Source: a virus
Taxonomy: Duplodnaviria > Caudoviricetes
Length of the DNA: 26,318 nt
Virus record (IMG/VR): IMGVR_UViG_3300042473_000065
Span: 1 to 26,318 of that record
Direction: 5' to 3' (one strand)
The notes under the pieces are model-generated. The model did no database searches and was not told the origin of the DNA. It saw only the letters and a list, made by a program, of their open reading frames with translations. Positions 1-8,700 of this stretch are shown here, piece by piece (position 1 is the stretch's first letter; each line of letters opens with the position of its first letter). The translations under genes and the position numbers were made by a program.

Positions 1-795
1 GGTGAGCGTGTAATTCGTGCAGCAGCGCAAGCAATTGGTACATACACAAACACAGGCGCAACATTCTCTAAGGTCGAACTTACTACCAAGAAGATTCGTC
101 TTGATTGGGAAGTAACAGCAGAATCATTGGAAGATGGTGTAGAAGGTGACGCTCTAGAAGATCACTTAGTACGCTTGATGACCAACGCATTCGCAAATGA
201 TATCGAAGATCTCGCTATCAATGGTGATGGTGCAACAGGATCATTCTTGTCAATCATGGATGGCTTTGTAAATAAGGCAAAGACAAACGGAGATGCACAT
301 GAGTCAGTAGTAACCGTAGCAGATAATGCTTGGACACCTGACGTAATGCAGGGCATCATCAATGCAATGCCACGTAAGTACCGTGCACTTAAGAACAATC
401 TTAAGTTCTACGCAGGTACAGATGCATTCGGTGGAATCGTTAAGAACAACGGTACACTTGCTGATGCAGTAGCAGAAGCATTTGCTGGACAGGTCCCAGG
501 ATCAACCCAGGCAAACCGCCAATCATACCTTGATGGTATCGGACAGACATTCGGTGGAGCACGTACAACTCGTGTTCTCGGAATTGAAGTTCAGGAAGTT
601 CCTTACTACCCAGCAGGATATATCGATTTGACATTCCCTGCAAACCGTGTATGGGGATTCCAAAGAGACATCACTGTAAACCGTGAGTACGTAGCGAAGA
701 AGGATACAATTGAATACACTGTATTCGTTCGCTTCGGAATCAACTGGGAAGAAGAGGATGCAATCGCATTCGCTGACGCTGCTTCAGATTCATAA
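1..795 (+). CDS. Major capsid protein, HK97-fold (5'-truncated by the window edge)
   Basis: The frame is open from base 1 (GERVIRAAAQ...FSKVELTTKKIRLDWEVTAESLED...), so the track start at 127 is internal. The segments 'ELTTKKIRLDWEVT.E.LED', 'FANDIEDLAINGDG' and 'RVLGIEVQEVPYYP' are typical of HK97-like capsid proteins. A strong terminator and head-tail genes follow. Confidence 0.92.
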   Translation, partial: GERVIRAAAQAIGTYTNTGATFSKVELTTKKIRLDWEVTAESLEDGVEGDALEDHLVRLMTNAFANDIEDLAINGDGATGSFLSIMDGFVNKAKTNGDAHESVVTVADNAWTPDVMQGIINAMPRKYRALKNNLKFYAGTDAFGGIVKNNGTLADAVAEAFAGQVPGSTQANRQSYLDGIGQTFGGARTTRVLGIEVQEVPYYPAGYIDLTFPANRVWGFQRDITVNREYVAKKDTIEYTVFVRFGINWEEEDAIAFADAASDS

Positions 796-811
796 TCTGT
801 AAACAGTACCT

Positions 812-856
812 TTAATGGGGGGCGGGAGTTCACTCTCCTGTCCCCCTTAATACTTT
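812..856 (+). terminator. Intrinsic terminator after the capsid gene
   Basis: 12-bp stem GGGGGGCGGGAG (817-828) / CTCCTGTCCCCC (835-846) with two G-U pairs and a 6-nt loop, flanked by ttaa/ttaa and followed by tacttt. Confidence 0.8.
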
Positions 857-858
857 AA

Positions 859-867
859 TGATATAAT
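859..867 (+). promoter_or_regulatory. Extended -10 promoter TGATATAAT
   Basis: Perfect TGnTATAAT directly after the terminator, followed by SD AAGGAGG and ATG 886. Confidence 0.7.
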
Positions 868-885
868 ACAAACAAGGAGGATACA

Positions 886-1284
886 ATGGAAAATAATAAT
901 CACAACAGTCCGTTTTCAGCAGATAATGCAGAAGAGCAAGACCATGTCGAAGCCCCAGTGGTAGAAGCACCAGCAGAGCATGTTCCTGTAGCAGAGCCAG
1001 TTATTGAAGCACCAGTTGCAGAAGAACCAGTTCAAGCACTAGGATTTACAGAAACAGGCGCAATCGGATCAATGGCAGCAGACGGCCCAAAGACTGTAAT
1101 TGAACAGTCAGTAAACCTTTCAGACAAGGTAGCACTTTACTCAACAAGAAGCGTTCGTTGGGAAGAGATTGGTGCAATTGCTAAGGGATACAATATTGTT
1201 ACAAAAGCACAAGCAGATAAGTGGCTAACTCGTGGGCATGTTCGCATTGCTACACCAGAAGAAGTCAAGAAGGCTTTTGGATAA
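886..1284 (+). CDS. Hypothetical virion-associated protein (acidic Pro/Ala/Glu/Val-rich N-terminus, compact C-terminal domain)
   Basis: Strong SD AAGGAGG. Lies between the capsid and adaptor genes. VEAP-type low-complexity repeats precede a globular-looking C-terminal region of about 55 aa. Confidence 0.75.
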   Translation: MENNNHNSPFSADNAEEQDHVEAPVVEAPAEHVPVAEPVIEAPVAEEPVQALGFTETGAIGSMAADGPKTVIEQSVNLSDKVALYSTRSVRWEEIGAIAKGYNIVTKAQADKWLTRGHVRIATPEEVKKAFG

Positions 1285-1290
1285 TTAAAG

Positions 1291-2187
1291 ATGGAGATAT
1301 TGAGAGTTTCGCCATATGCAGATATACCTATTGATTTTGTAGTTCCTGCGGGAATAACATCGTCAACTATCACTGTTACCATAACGGATATGGCGGATCT
1401 TTCAATATCAACATTAACATTTTTAAATAAAGCAGCAGGAAACATTATTGACATAACTTTACCAGGGAATTATGACTCATCCTATAAGGTTGAAATTGTT
1501 AAAAATCTTGGGGGAGTTGGAGAAACAATTCTTAAAGAAGAAACTTATGAAATTGTAAGACCATATGTAGACCCATCAACAAAAGGATCAACAGCATCAG
1601 ATATAGCAGCATATGCTTTAAATGAAGAAATTGCAAGAGCCATCATTGATTCTATCGTTATAGAAGGATTTTATTACAAGAAAAAGGTTTTACATTTTAC
1701 GGGAACTGGAGCAGACTATCTGCCAATCTGGGATGACGTAAAGAAAGTTTTAGCGGTATACGAAAACAACAAGTTGGTAGAAGATAGACAATATGAAGTA
1801 TCATCAGACAAGACAGCAATTATTGAAAAGTCATCTGACAACATTAACCGTGCTGAATCAGCACCACTAGTTTTACCTGCAGCAGCATCAGATTCATTAG
1901 ACCCACAGTTTATATATAGGGGGTTTGGGAAAACATGGGATTACTTAGTAACTGTTGAGCATGGATACACAGCAGTGCCATCAGACATTGTTAGAGCAAC
2001 AGAGATGCTTATCCACGATTTAGAATGTGGAAAGTTAGACTACTATAAGAGATTTATTTCTTCTTACAATACAGATCAGTTTAGAATTCAGTTTGATAAG
2101 GGTCTTTTCGAAGGAACAGGAAACATAATTGTAGACAAGATACTTTCAAAGTATGCTAAGTCTATTACAAAACTTGGGGTGTTATAA
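1291..2187 (+). CDS. Head-to-tail adaptor/connector protein with N-terminal beta-rich extension
   Basis: Synteny after the capsid gene. Motifs 'ARAIIDSIV...FY' and 'VTVEHGYTAVPSDIVRATEML...ILSKY' resemble gp6/gp15-like adaptors. Confidence 0.7.
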   Translation: MEILRVSPYADIPIDFVVPAGITSSTITVTITDMADLSISTLTFLNKAAGNIIDITLPGNYDSSYKVEIVKNLGGVGETILKEETYEIVRPYVDPSTKGSTASDIAAYALNEEIARAIIDSIVIEGFYYKKKVLHFTGTGADYLPIWDDVKKVLAVYENNKLVEDRQYEVSSDKTAIIEKSSDNINRAESAPLVLPAAASDSLDPQFIYRGFGKTWDYLVTVEHGYTAVPSDIVRATEMLIHDLECGKLDYYKRFISSYNTDQFRIQFDKGLFEGTGNIIVDKILSKYAKSITKLGVL

Positions 2188-2636
2188 TGACAGTTTGTGA
2201 GAGTCCAGACTTCATGTTTCCAATGCAAGCATCTGTTTATCATCCAATAATTGAGCAAGGTGATTTTGGTGCAATAAAAAAGCACTGGGTACTTGACAGA
2301 GTCTTTGCCTGTAGTTTTTCTTCTGGTGGCTCTGCTTTTAAAGAAGAAGTAAAGCCCAATGTAAATATAACACAAAATTCAATACTAGTTGGAAGAGTTA
2401 AATCTGATATAAGAATTTCTTTACTTGATAGCAAGAATGCATTAACTAACATTTTAATTACAGACATAAAAGATCAAGAAGGAAATCTTATATACATGGA
2501 AACATCAGGCCCTAGGTCTGGCAAAGGAACACTTTTTGAACTAGCAACCTATGAACCATTCACAGGTCCATTCGGAAATGTTGAGTCCTACAAAGTTGTA
2601 ATAAGAAGATCAGAAAATCAATCAGGTGATATTTAA
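2187..2636 (+). CDS. Putative head closure (stopper) protein
   Basis: TAATG coupling to the adaptor gene, 149 aa, beta-rich, in the stopper position. Confidence 0.55.
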   Translation: MTVCESPDFMFPMQASVYHPIIEQGDFGAIKKHWVLDRVFACSFSSGGSAFKEEVKPNVNITQNSILVGRVKSDIRISLLDSKNALTNILITDIKDQEGNLIYMETSGPRSGKGTLFELATYEPFTGPFGNVESYKVVIRRSENQSGDI

Positions 2637-3310
2637 TGTTAAAACTAGTAATCGATAGCAAACAATTTAAAAAAGAAATAGACAACATAATGGAGTACTC
2701 GGTTGGGTTTTTAGATGGAGTGCAAAAAGGAAAGACAGAGTTTTACCTTTCATTAGCACCAAAGGTGTCTGAGTTGGCAGCACAGTTCGTCGACGCCAAC
2801 GCTAGAATGTCTCCAGACCTACTCCACCATGTTTATGAGTGGCAAAGAACTGGAAGTCCACAAGCAAGGCTTTTTGATTTAGACTATAAGGTTACTAATA
2901 TTGGTATTACATTTACATCATCCCTAAAGCAATCGGTTTCGATTAAAGAGGGTTCAAATGTTCCATTCTACAATAAAGCAAAAATTATGGAAGAAGGTAT
3001 TGCTGTTACGATTAAACCAAAGAAAGCAAACGCATTAAGGTTTGAAATTGATGGCACAGAAATTTATACATCAAACGAGGTCCGTGTAGAAAACCCTGGA
3101 GGACAAACACAGGGTCAGTTTGAAAATGTGCTTAATAATTTTTTTGGTGTTTACTTTAGGCAGTCTTTTTTAAACTCAAGTGGCCTTTTACAATACTTCA
3201 AGTATCCACAGGCTTATAAGAAAAATATGATATCTGCAAAAACAGGTGGCAGATCTTTAGGTGTAAAGACTGGATACCGATGGATTGCTAACGCAGGGAG
3301 AGGCATCTAA
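2636..3310 (+). CDS. Putative neck/tail-completion protein (HK97 gp10-like position)
   Basis: TAATG coupling. Motif 'AKIMEEG..VTIKPKKANALRFEIDG...V..PG' resembles neck proteins. Confidence 0.55.
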   Translation: MLKLVIDSKQFKKEIDNIMEYSVGFLDGVQKGKTEFYLSLAPKVSELAAQFVDANARMSPDLLHHVYEWQRTGSPQARLFDLDYKVTNIGITFTSSLKQSVSIKEGSNVPFYNKAKIMEEGIAVTIKPKKANALRFEIDGTEIYTSNEVRVENPGGQTQGQFENVLNNFFGVYFRQSFLNSSGLLQYFKYPQAYKKNMISAKTGGRSLGVKTGYRWIANAGRGI

Positions 3311-3852
3311 TGGCTGCAATAATTCACCACCCACCCACAATTATTAATGCATATTTAGCAGCAAAAATAGATCCTGGATTTAACCCTGACGACTCCATTG
3401 GTGGATCAGAGCCAATCGGAACAACATACTTTTTCCCTACACTTCCAACAGAAATTGATGCCCTAACTGAGACATTTCCACAGAGCAATGGGGTCTTTGG
3501 GGTGTACGACAGAATGTTTAAGATGAGAAGAACACCATTTCCATATATTAAGTGCGAACAACTACTGTACTATTTTTATTCAGTAGGAAATGATGCACAA
3601 AGGAATATGGTAATAACTCAGCAGCAGGTAAGCGACCTTCTTGACAATGGGGATGATTCAGCAAAAGACATAAATGAGTGGGCAAAAGAAAACCCAACAG
3701 CATGGAATGACGAATCTCTGCCAATGTTTTTCCATAACTTCAAGATCTACCAACTTGAAGAGACCAGAGATATAGTAGACTTTGGAACAGCCCGTACCTA
3801 TGCGGGGAATAAGATCATCATAGACTACGACTGGCACCCAGTAAACCCATAA
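3310..3852 (+). CDS. Putative tail terminator protein
   Basis: TAATG coupling, acidic 180 aa, immediately upstream of the major tail gene. Confidence 0.55.
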   Translation: MAAIIHHPPTIINAYLAAKIDPGFNPDDSIGGSEPIGTTYFFPTLPTEIDALTETFPQSNGVFGVYDRMFKMRRTPFPYIKCEQLLYYFYSVGNDAQRNMVITQQQVSDLLDNGDDSAKDINEWAKENPTAWNDESLPMFFHNFKIYQLEETRDIVDFGTARTYAGNKIIIDYDWHPVNP

Positions 3853-3860
3853 TAAACGGG

Positions 3861-3869
3861 TAGTATAAT
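3861..3869 (+). promoter_or_regulatory. -10 promoter element (TAGTATAAT) for the major tail gene
   Basis: TATAAT at 3864-3869 in the intergenic gap, about 50 nt upstream of ATG 3920. Confidence 0.55.
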
Positions 3870-3919
3870 TAGAGCGAGGAAACAACCCCCTTTTAATAAA
3901 AATGAAAGAGGTGAGATAT

Positions 3920-4591
3920 ATGGCATATAGCCGTGGTTCAAGTAGTAACATTATCGTGGGTGCAGCAGCACTTTTTACACATAATGCAGGTCCAATCGGA
4001 TACACAGATGCAGGAACGATCACAGACGTACAAGCAGGTCTTGATCTTCCATCATTCGCAGGATCCGCAACATCTTACAAGGACACACTCTCAACAGATG
4101 GTGGAACACCAAACTGGGCAGAGAAGTTCACAAACGTAGGATATACATCAAATGGTTTGGAACTAGCGTTCCAGCCTGATTTTGGTGAAGTAGCAGTAGA
4201 TCAACTTCTCGACGTTGCTCGTTTATTCAAGCAAGGTATGACAGTTAATCTAAATACTGCATTCGCAGAAGCAACACTAGAAAATCTTTTGGTTGCAATT
4301 GCAGATAATCAAGATCCAGTAACAGCATCAGGAGCAACATCAATTAAGATGTCTGCTGGTGATATTGGTGACGTTCCACTAGAGCGTGGACTCGTAGCAG
4401 TAGGACCAGGTTCTGGTTCTTCTCTAGAGCCAAAGGAAAGAATCTATGTTGCATACCGTGCACTCTCAATCGAGAGCGTAACAGTATCAGCAAAGCGTGA
4501 CGAGGCTTCAATGTTTGAAGTTTCATTCCGTCTTCTTCCAAATGACAACGCATCATACGGTAAGATCGTAGACCGCACACTGTCAGCATAA
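3920..4591 (+). CDS. Major tail (tube) protein
   Basis: SD GAGGTG favours ATG 3920 over 3902. Motifs 'NIIVGAAALF', 'NVGYTSNGLELAFQP...V.VDQL', 'FAEATLENL' and 'VSAKRDEASMFEVSFRLLP' are typical siphovirus tube motifs. A terminator follows. Confidence 0.88.
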   Translation: MAYSRGSSSNIIVGAAALFTHNAGPIGYTDAGTITDVQAGLDLPSFAGSATSYKDTLSTDGGTPNWAEKFTNVGYTSNGLELAFQPDFGEVAVDQLLDVARLFKQGMTVNLNTAFAEATLENLLVAIADNQDPVTASGATSIKMSAGDIGDVPLERGLVAVGPGSGSSLEPKERIYVAYRALSIESVTVSAKRDEASMFEVSFRLLPNDNASYGKIVDRTLSA

Positions 4592-4606
4592 TATAACTTA
4601 ATATAT

Positions 4607-4643
4607 GAGAGGCTCAATCCTTCGGGGTTGGGCCTTTCTGTTT
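4607..4643 (+). terminator. Intrinsic terminator after the major tail gene
   Basis: 14-bp stem GAGAGGCTCAATCC / GGGTTGGGCCTTTC (with G-U pairs) closed by a C(UUCG)G tetraloop, followed by tgttt. Confidence 0.88.
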
Positions 4644-4651
4644 GGTATACT
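4643..4651 (+). promoter_or_regulatory. Extended -10 promoter TGGTATACT, leaderless configuration
   Basis: TGnTATACT ends 6 nt before GTG 4658, and there is no SD. Confidence 0.6.
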
Positions 4652-4657
4652 TATATA

Positions 4658-5335
4658 GTGCCTACAGAAATATATAAGACCTCGATAATTGAACTCTTTG
4701 ATGGAACAGAGTTATATATCACTCCATTAAAAATAAAATATTTAAAGTTGTTTTTAGAAGAATTTGAAAATGTAAAAACATCAAAAAATGATGATGAGGC
4801 AATTAACTATTTGTCTAAGTGTGCAACAATAACCATGAGGCAATACTATCCAAGCATAAAAACTCAAGAGGAGTTAGAGGACAATATAGACATGCCAACA
4901 ATCTATAAACTGTTAGACTACTCTGCTGGAATTAAAATAAATGAAAAATCTGAAGAGCCAGTAAAAAAGCAAGCAAAAGAAAGCGGTTCTACTTGGGATG
5001 AGTTAGATTTAGCAGAGTTAGAGGCTGAGGTATTTTTGCTGGGGATTTGGAAAGACTATGATGAACTAGAGTCTTCAATGTCAATGCCAGAGATAGTAGC
5101 AACTCTTAAAGTAAAAAGAGATCTGGACTATGGTCAGAAAAAGTTTTTGGCTGCCATGCAGGGTGTTGATTTAGATAAGGCCAGTGGCAAAGAAAATGCT
5201 TGGGAAGACATGAAGGCTAGAGTCTTTAGCAAAGGATCTGCAAATAATGGCAATGATATTCTTGCACTACAAGGGGCAAATGCACAAAAGGCTGGGTTTG
5301 GAATTGGCATGGGCATTGATTATGAGTCATATTAA
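4658..5335 (+). CDS. Tail assembly chaperone, long form (G-like N-domain fused in frame to a T-like C-domain)
   Basis: Between the tube and TMP genes. The track start at 4628 lies inside the terminator hairpin, so GTG 4658 is more plausible (225 aa). The N-terminal ~95 aa are paralogous to 5393..5722. The C-terminal part 'WDELDLAELEAEVFLLG.WKDYDELESSMSMPEI' has the short helical pattern of T-type chaperone extensions. Confidence 0.75.
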   Translation: MPTEIYKTSIIELFDGTELYITPLKIKYLKLFLEEFENVKTSKNDDEAINYLSKCATITMRQYYPSIKTQEELEDNIDMPTIYKLLDYSAGIKINEKSEEPVKKQAKESGSTWDELDLAELEAEVFLLGIWKDYDELESSMSMPEIVATLKVKRDLDYGQKKFLAAMQGVDLDKASGKENAWEDMKARVFSKGSANNGNDILALQGANAQKAGFGIGMGIDYESY

Positions 5336-5358
5336 TACTAAAAAATAAGCCTGTGCTA

Positions 5359-5367
5359 TGGTATAAT
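5359..5367 (+). promoter_or_regulatory. Extended -10 promoter TGGTATAAT
   Basis: Perfect TGnTATAAT in the intergenic gap, followed by SD AAGGAGG and ATG 5393. Confidence 0.72.
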
Positions 5368-5392
5368 TGACTAAACCTTATAAGGAGGAACT

Positions 5393-5722
5393 ATGGCTGA
5401 CAAGCCTTTAAACAATAAGACAATCACACTAATAGACGGAACAGAGATTGCGGTAAGACCTCTCAAGTTGTCACTACTTAGACCTTTCATGGCTAAGTTT
5501 GCGCTACTATCAGAGGCATCAGATGACAACGATAAGTCAATGGACATTCTTATTGAATGTGCTTTAATTGCAATGAAACAGTTCAAGCCAGAATTGGCAG
5601 AGAGCAAGGAAGCACTAGAAGAACTTCTAGACCTTCCTACAGTTTACGAAATTATTGATGCAGCATCAGGTGTTCAAAACTCTGACGCATCAAGCGCAGT
5701 ATTAACTTCGTTAACAAAATAA
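5393..5722 (+). CDS. Tail assembly chaperone, short (G-like) form
   Basis: Strong SD, 109 aa, directly upstream of the TMP. Pattern 'ITLIDGTEI.VRPLKL...LEELLDLPTVYEII'. Confidence 0.78.
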   Translation: MADKPLNNKTITLIDGTEIAVRPLKLSLLRPFMAKFALLSEASDDNDKSMDILIECALIAMKQFKPELAESKEALEELLDLPTVYEIIDAASGVQNSDASSAVLTSLTK

Positions 5723-5743
5723 AATAAAAGAGGTGTTTGAGAA

Positions 5744-8700
5744 TTGGCAGATGTAAACTCTAATATAAATATTAATTTTAATACGGCTGCCGCTCTCGCA
5801 CAACTTAGATCACTTCAGGCAGGCCTCAGTAAGTTCCATCAAACACTTGCTGAGGGCAACCTGGCTGCTGCAAATGCTCAAAAAGGTTTAAACGCTCAAC
5901 TCTTACAATCTATTGGAGCAACTGGAAAATTCTCTGCAAGCCAAGTTAAGGTTGCAGGAAGCACTCTAGCCTTTACCTCTGCTTTAGAAAAAAATAAACT
6001 ATCTCTTCGTGAGTACTACAGATATACAATGGCAGCAGCAACTGCTAATACCCGTGTTATGGGTAAGGCTTTTGCACAAGAACGAGAAATTATTAATCGT
6101 GCTCGTAGAGATAGGGTAAAGTCTTTACAGTCACAATACATTCAAATGAACAAGGCCAACTCTGGCTTTATGGATGCCATTAGGGTTATGCCTAAAAGCC
6201 TACAAATGGCTGGTGGAAAATTCACGGAACTTGGAACAAGAATTCAATATGCTGCACAAAGACAGCAGTTCCTTAATCAACTACTAAAGCAGGGATCTAC
6301 ACAACTTCTTAACTTTGGTAAGAATACTCAGTGGGCTGGCCGTCAGTTGATGGTTGGTCTTACAATGCCATTGGCTTTGTTTGGCTCAGCAGCAGCAAAA
6401 GCATTTAAAGAGTTAGATGCTGAGATTGTAAAGTTCCGTCGTGTGTATGGAGACGCTTTTACAAATGATGCTGAAGTCGAAGCAGCAGTACAGAACATAA
6501 GAAGGCTAGGAACCGAATACACAAAATATGGCGTAGCAGTAAAAGATACAATGAACATGGCTGCAACTGCAGCAGCAGCAGGTTTTACAGGTAGCGGTCT
6601 TACCGCTCAAGTTGAAACAGCAACAAAGTTGGCAGTACTCGGACAAGTAGAGCAACAGCAAGCACTTGAAACAACTATTTCTTTACAAAGTGCATTTGGA
6701 ATTTCTAGCGAAGAACTTGCAAAAAAGATTGACTTTCTTAACGCAGTAGAAAACCAGACGCTTCTATCTATTGAAGATTTAACTATTGCAATTCCAAAAG
6801 CAGCACCAGTTGTTAAACAACTTGGTGGTTCTGTTGAAGATCTAGCATTCTTCCTTACTGCAATGAAGGAAGGTGGAATCAATGCATCAGAAGGTGCTAA
6901 CGCACTTAAGTCTGGCCTTGCATCACTAATTAACCCATCTGACAAAGCAGCAAAGTTCATGGGCGATTTGGGAATTAATATTAAAGGACTTGTTGAAGCA
7001 AATAAGGGAGATATAAAAGGAACTGTAGTTGGATTTGCAAGAGCGTTAGATGAACTTGACCCATTAAATCGTGCAAGAGCAATTGAGCAGATGTTTGGAA
7101 AGTTTCAGTTTGCACGTCTATCTACACTTTTTCAAAATGTAACAAAAGAAGGATCTCAGGCATCAAGAGCATTTGATTTAGCAGGCGCATCAGTAGAAGA
7201 GTTAGCAATTATCTCTGAGCGAGAAATGAAAAAGATAGAAGAGTCAACTGGAGTCAAGTTCCAAGCAGCACTAGAAAACCTTAAGCAAGAAATTATGCCT
7301 TTAGGAAAAGCATTCCTTGAAGCGCTAACCCCAGTTGTTAAGTTTTTTGGAAACCTACTTGAAAAATTTAATGGTCTTGGAGATAACACAAAGAAAGTAA
7401 TTGCAATAATTGTTGCAGCAGTAGCAGGACTTGGACCAGTGTTATTGATGACCTTTGGTCTTTTGATGAATGGTGTTGCAAATGTTATTAAGTTCTTTGC
7501 AATGCTTCGTGGAGGGATAGCAAAACTAAACGGACAGACAAATGTAATGGGTGCAGGATTTAACTACATGACTCAAGAGCAGATTGAAAACGCTGCTTCA
7601 TCTCAACAACTGCATCAAACACACACAAGATTGATAGAAGTTTTTAATGTTGAAAAGGCTTCTGTCTCTGCACTTGCTGCATCATATAATTCTTTATCTA
7701 CACAGATGAGATCAATGGCATCACAGAACCCAGCATTATTTGCTGGAGGAATGGGTGGAGCAAAAAGAGCGGTAAGCAAGTTACCACCAACAAAAAAGTA
7801 TAAAGAGGGAATTATATCTGTGCCAGGTCCAAAGGGTGCTGGAGATGTTGTCCCTGCAATGCTTTCTCCAGGAGAAGCAGTTATACCTACAGAGACTACT
7901 GATAAATATAGAGGCCTAATTACAGCAATGTTCCAGGATAAAGTTCCAGGATTCATGGCTGGAAGGCTTCCAGGTGGACCAGGCAGGGGTATTCCTTTAT
8001 CTGCAGGGCCAGCAGCAGTTAGAGATGCTCAGCAAGCAAAATATAGAAGAAGAGATGATGCAAGACAAGGATACAATGAGCCTCATCCAGAAAAGAAGTC
8101 AGGTCCAACATTTATTGGAATGCCAAAAAGCGCAGCAGAGACATCACAGTCTAGACAAATTTTAGATAAGATCTCAAGTCAGGTCCTTGCTGGAAGGTTT
8201 GGATCTGTTCCTCCAACAAACTTTGGAACGATGCTTCAATCATTTTCTGGCAGAAGTTTTCCTGCTCGTGGAGTTGGCGGGGTATACAGAAAGCCTAATG
8301 GACAAATCGTAGTAGTAAAACCAACAATAGATGACAAGACTGCATTAGCAGAAGTACGTGCTACTCAGATTGCTAGAGAAGTTCATGGCCTTGTAGCACC
8401 AAAGCAAACAATTAAAACAATGATTGATCCAACAGATCCAACAGGACAAAGAAAGTTTATAGTTATTGAATCTCCGTATGACCCAAGAATTGCAAAAATG
8501 GATGGAAAGTTTTCAAAGTCTGACATGGTTAAGCAACTAGTTGCGTCAACACTGAGAGGAGACAAAGACTTACAACAACCAAACCTATCTGGAAACGTTT
8601 TAGCCGACGTTGGAACTGCTGGAGTATTTGATAGAGCATCTGGATTTAGAGATTTTTCTAAGGCAATGCCAAGTATGGAGCAGCAAGCAGTCATTAACTT

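Noticed and set aside
2180-2188. Perfect TGTTATAAT at the adaptor/stopper junction, and TATAAT at 20670-20675
   Set aside because: Both arise from TAATG stop-start overlaps. A transcript from either would begin downstream of the ATG it would need to serve.
3885-3913. Possible hairpin (CCCCCTTTT/GAAAGAGG) sequestering the major tail SD
   Set aside because: The pairing is short and interrupted, too weak to claim without folding calculations or conservation data.
5690-5745. Canonical G-to-T frameshift at the end of the short chaperone gene
   Set aside because: There is no room for a T frame, because the TMP starts 21 nt after the stop. The T-like domain is in the upstream gene.
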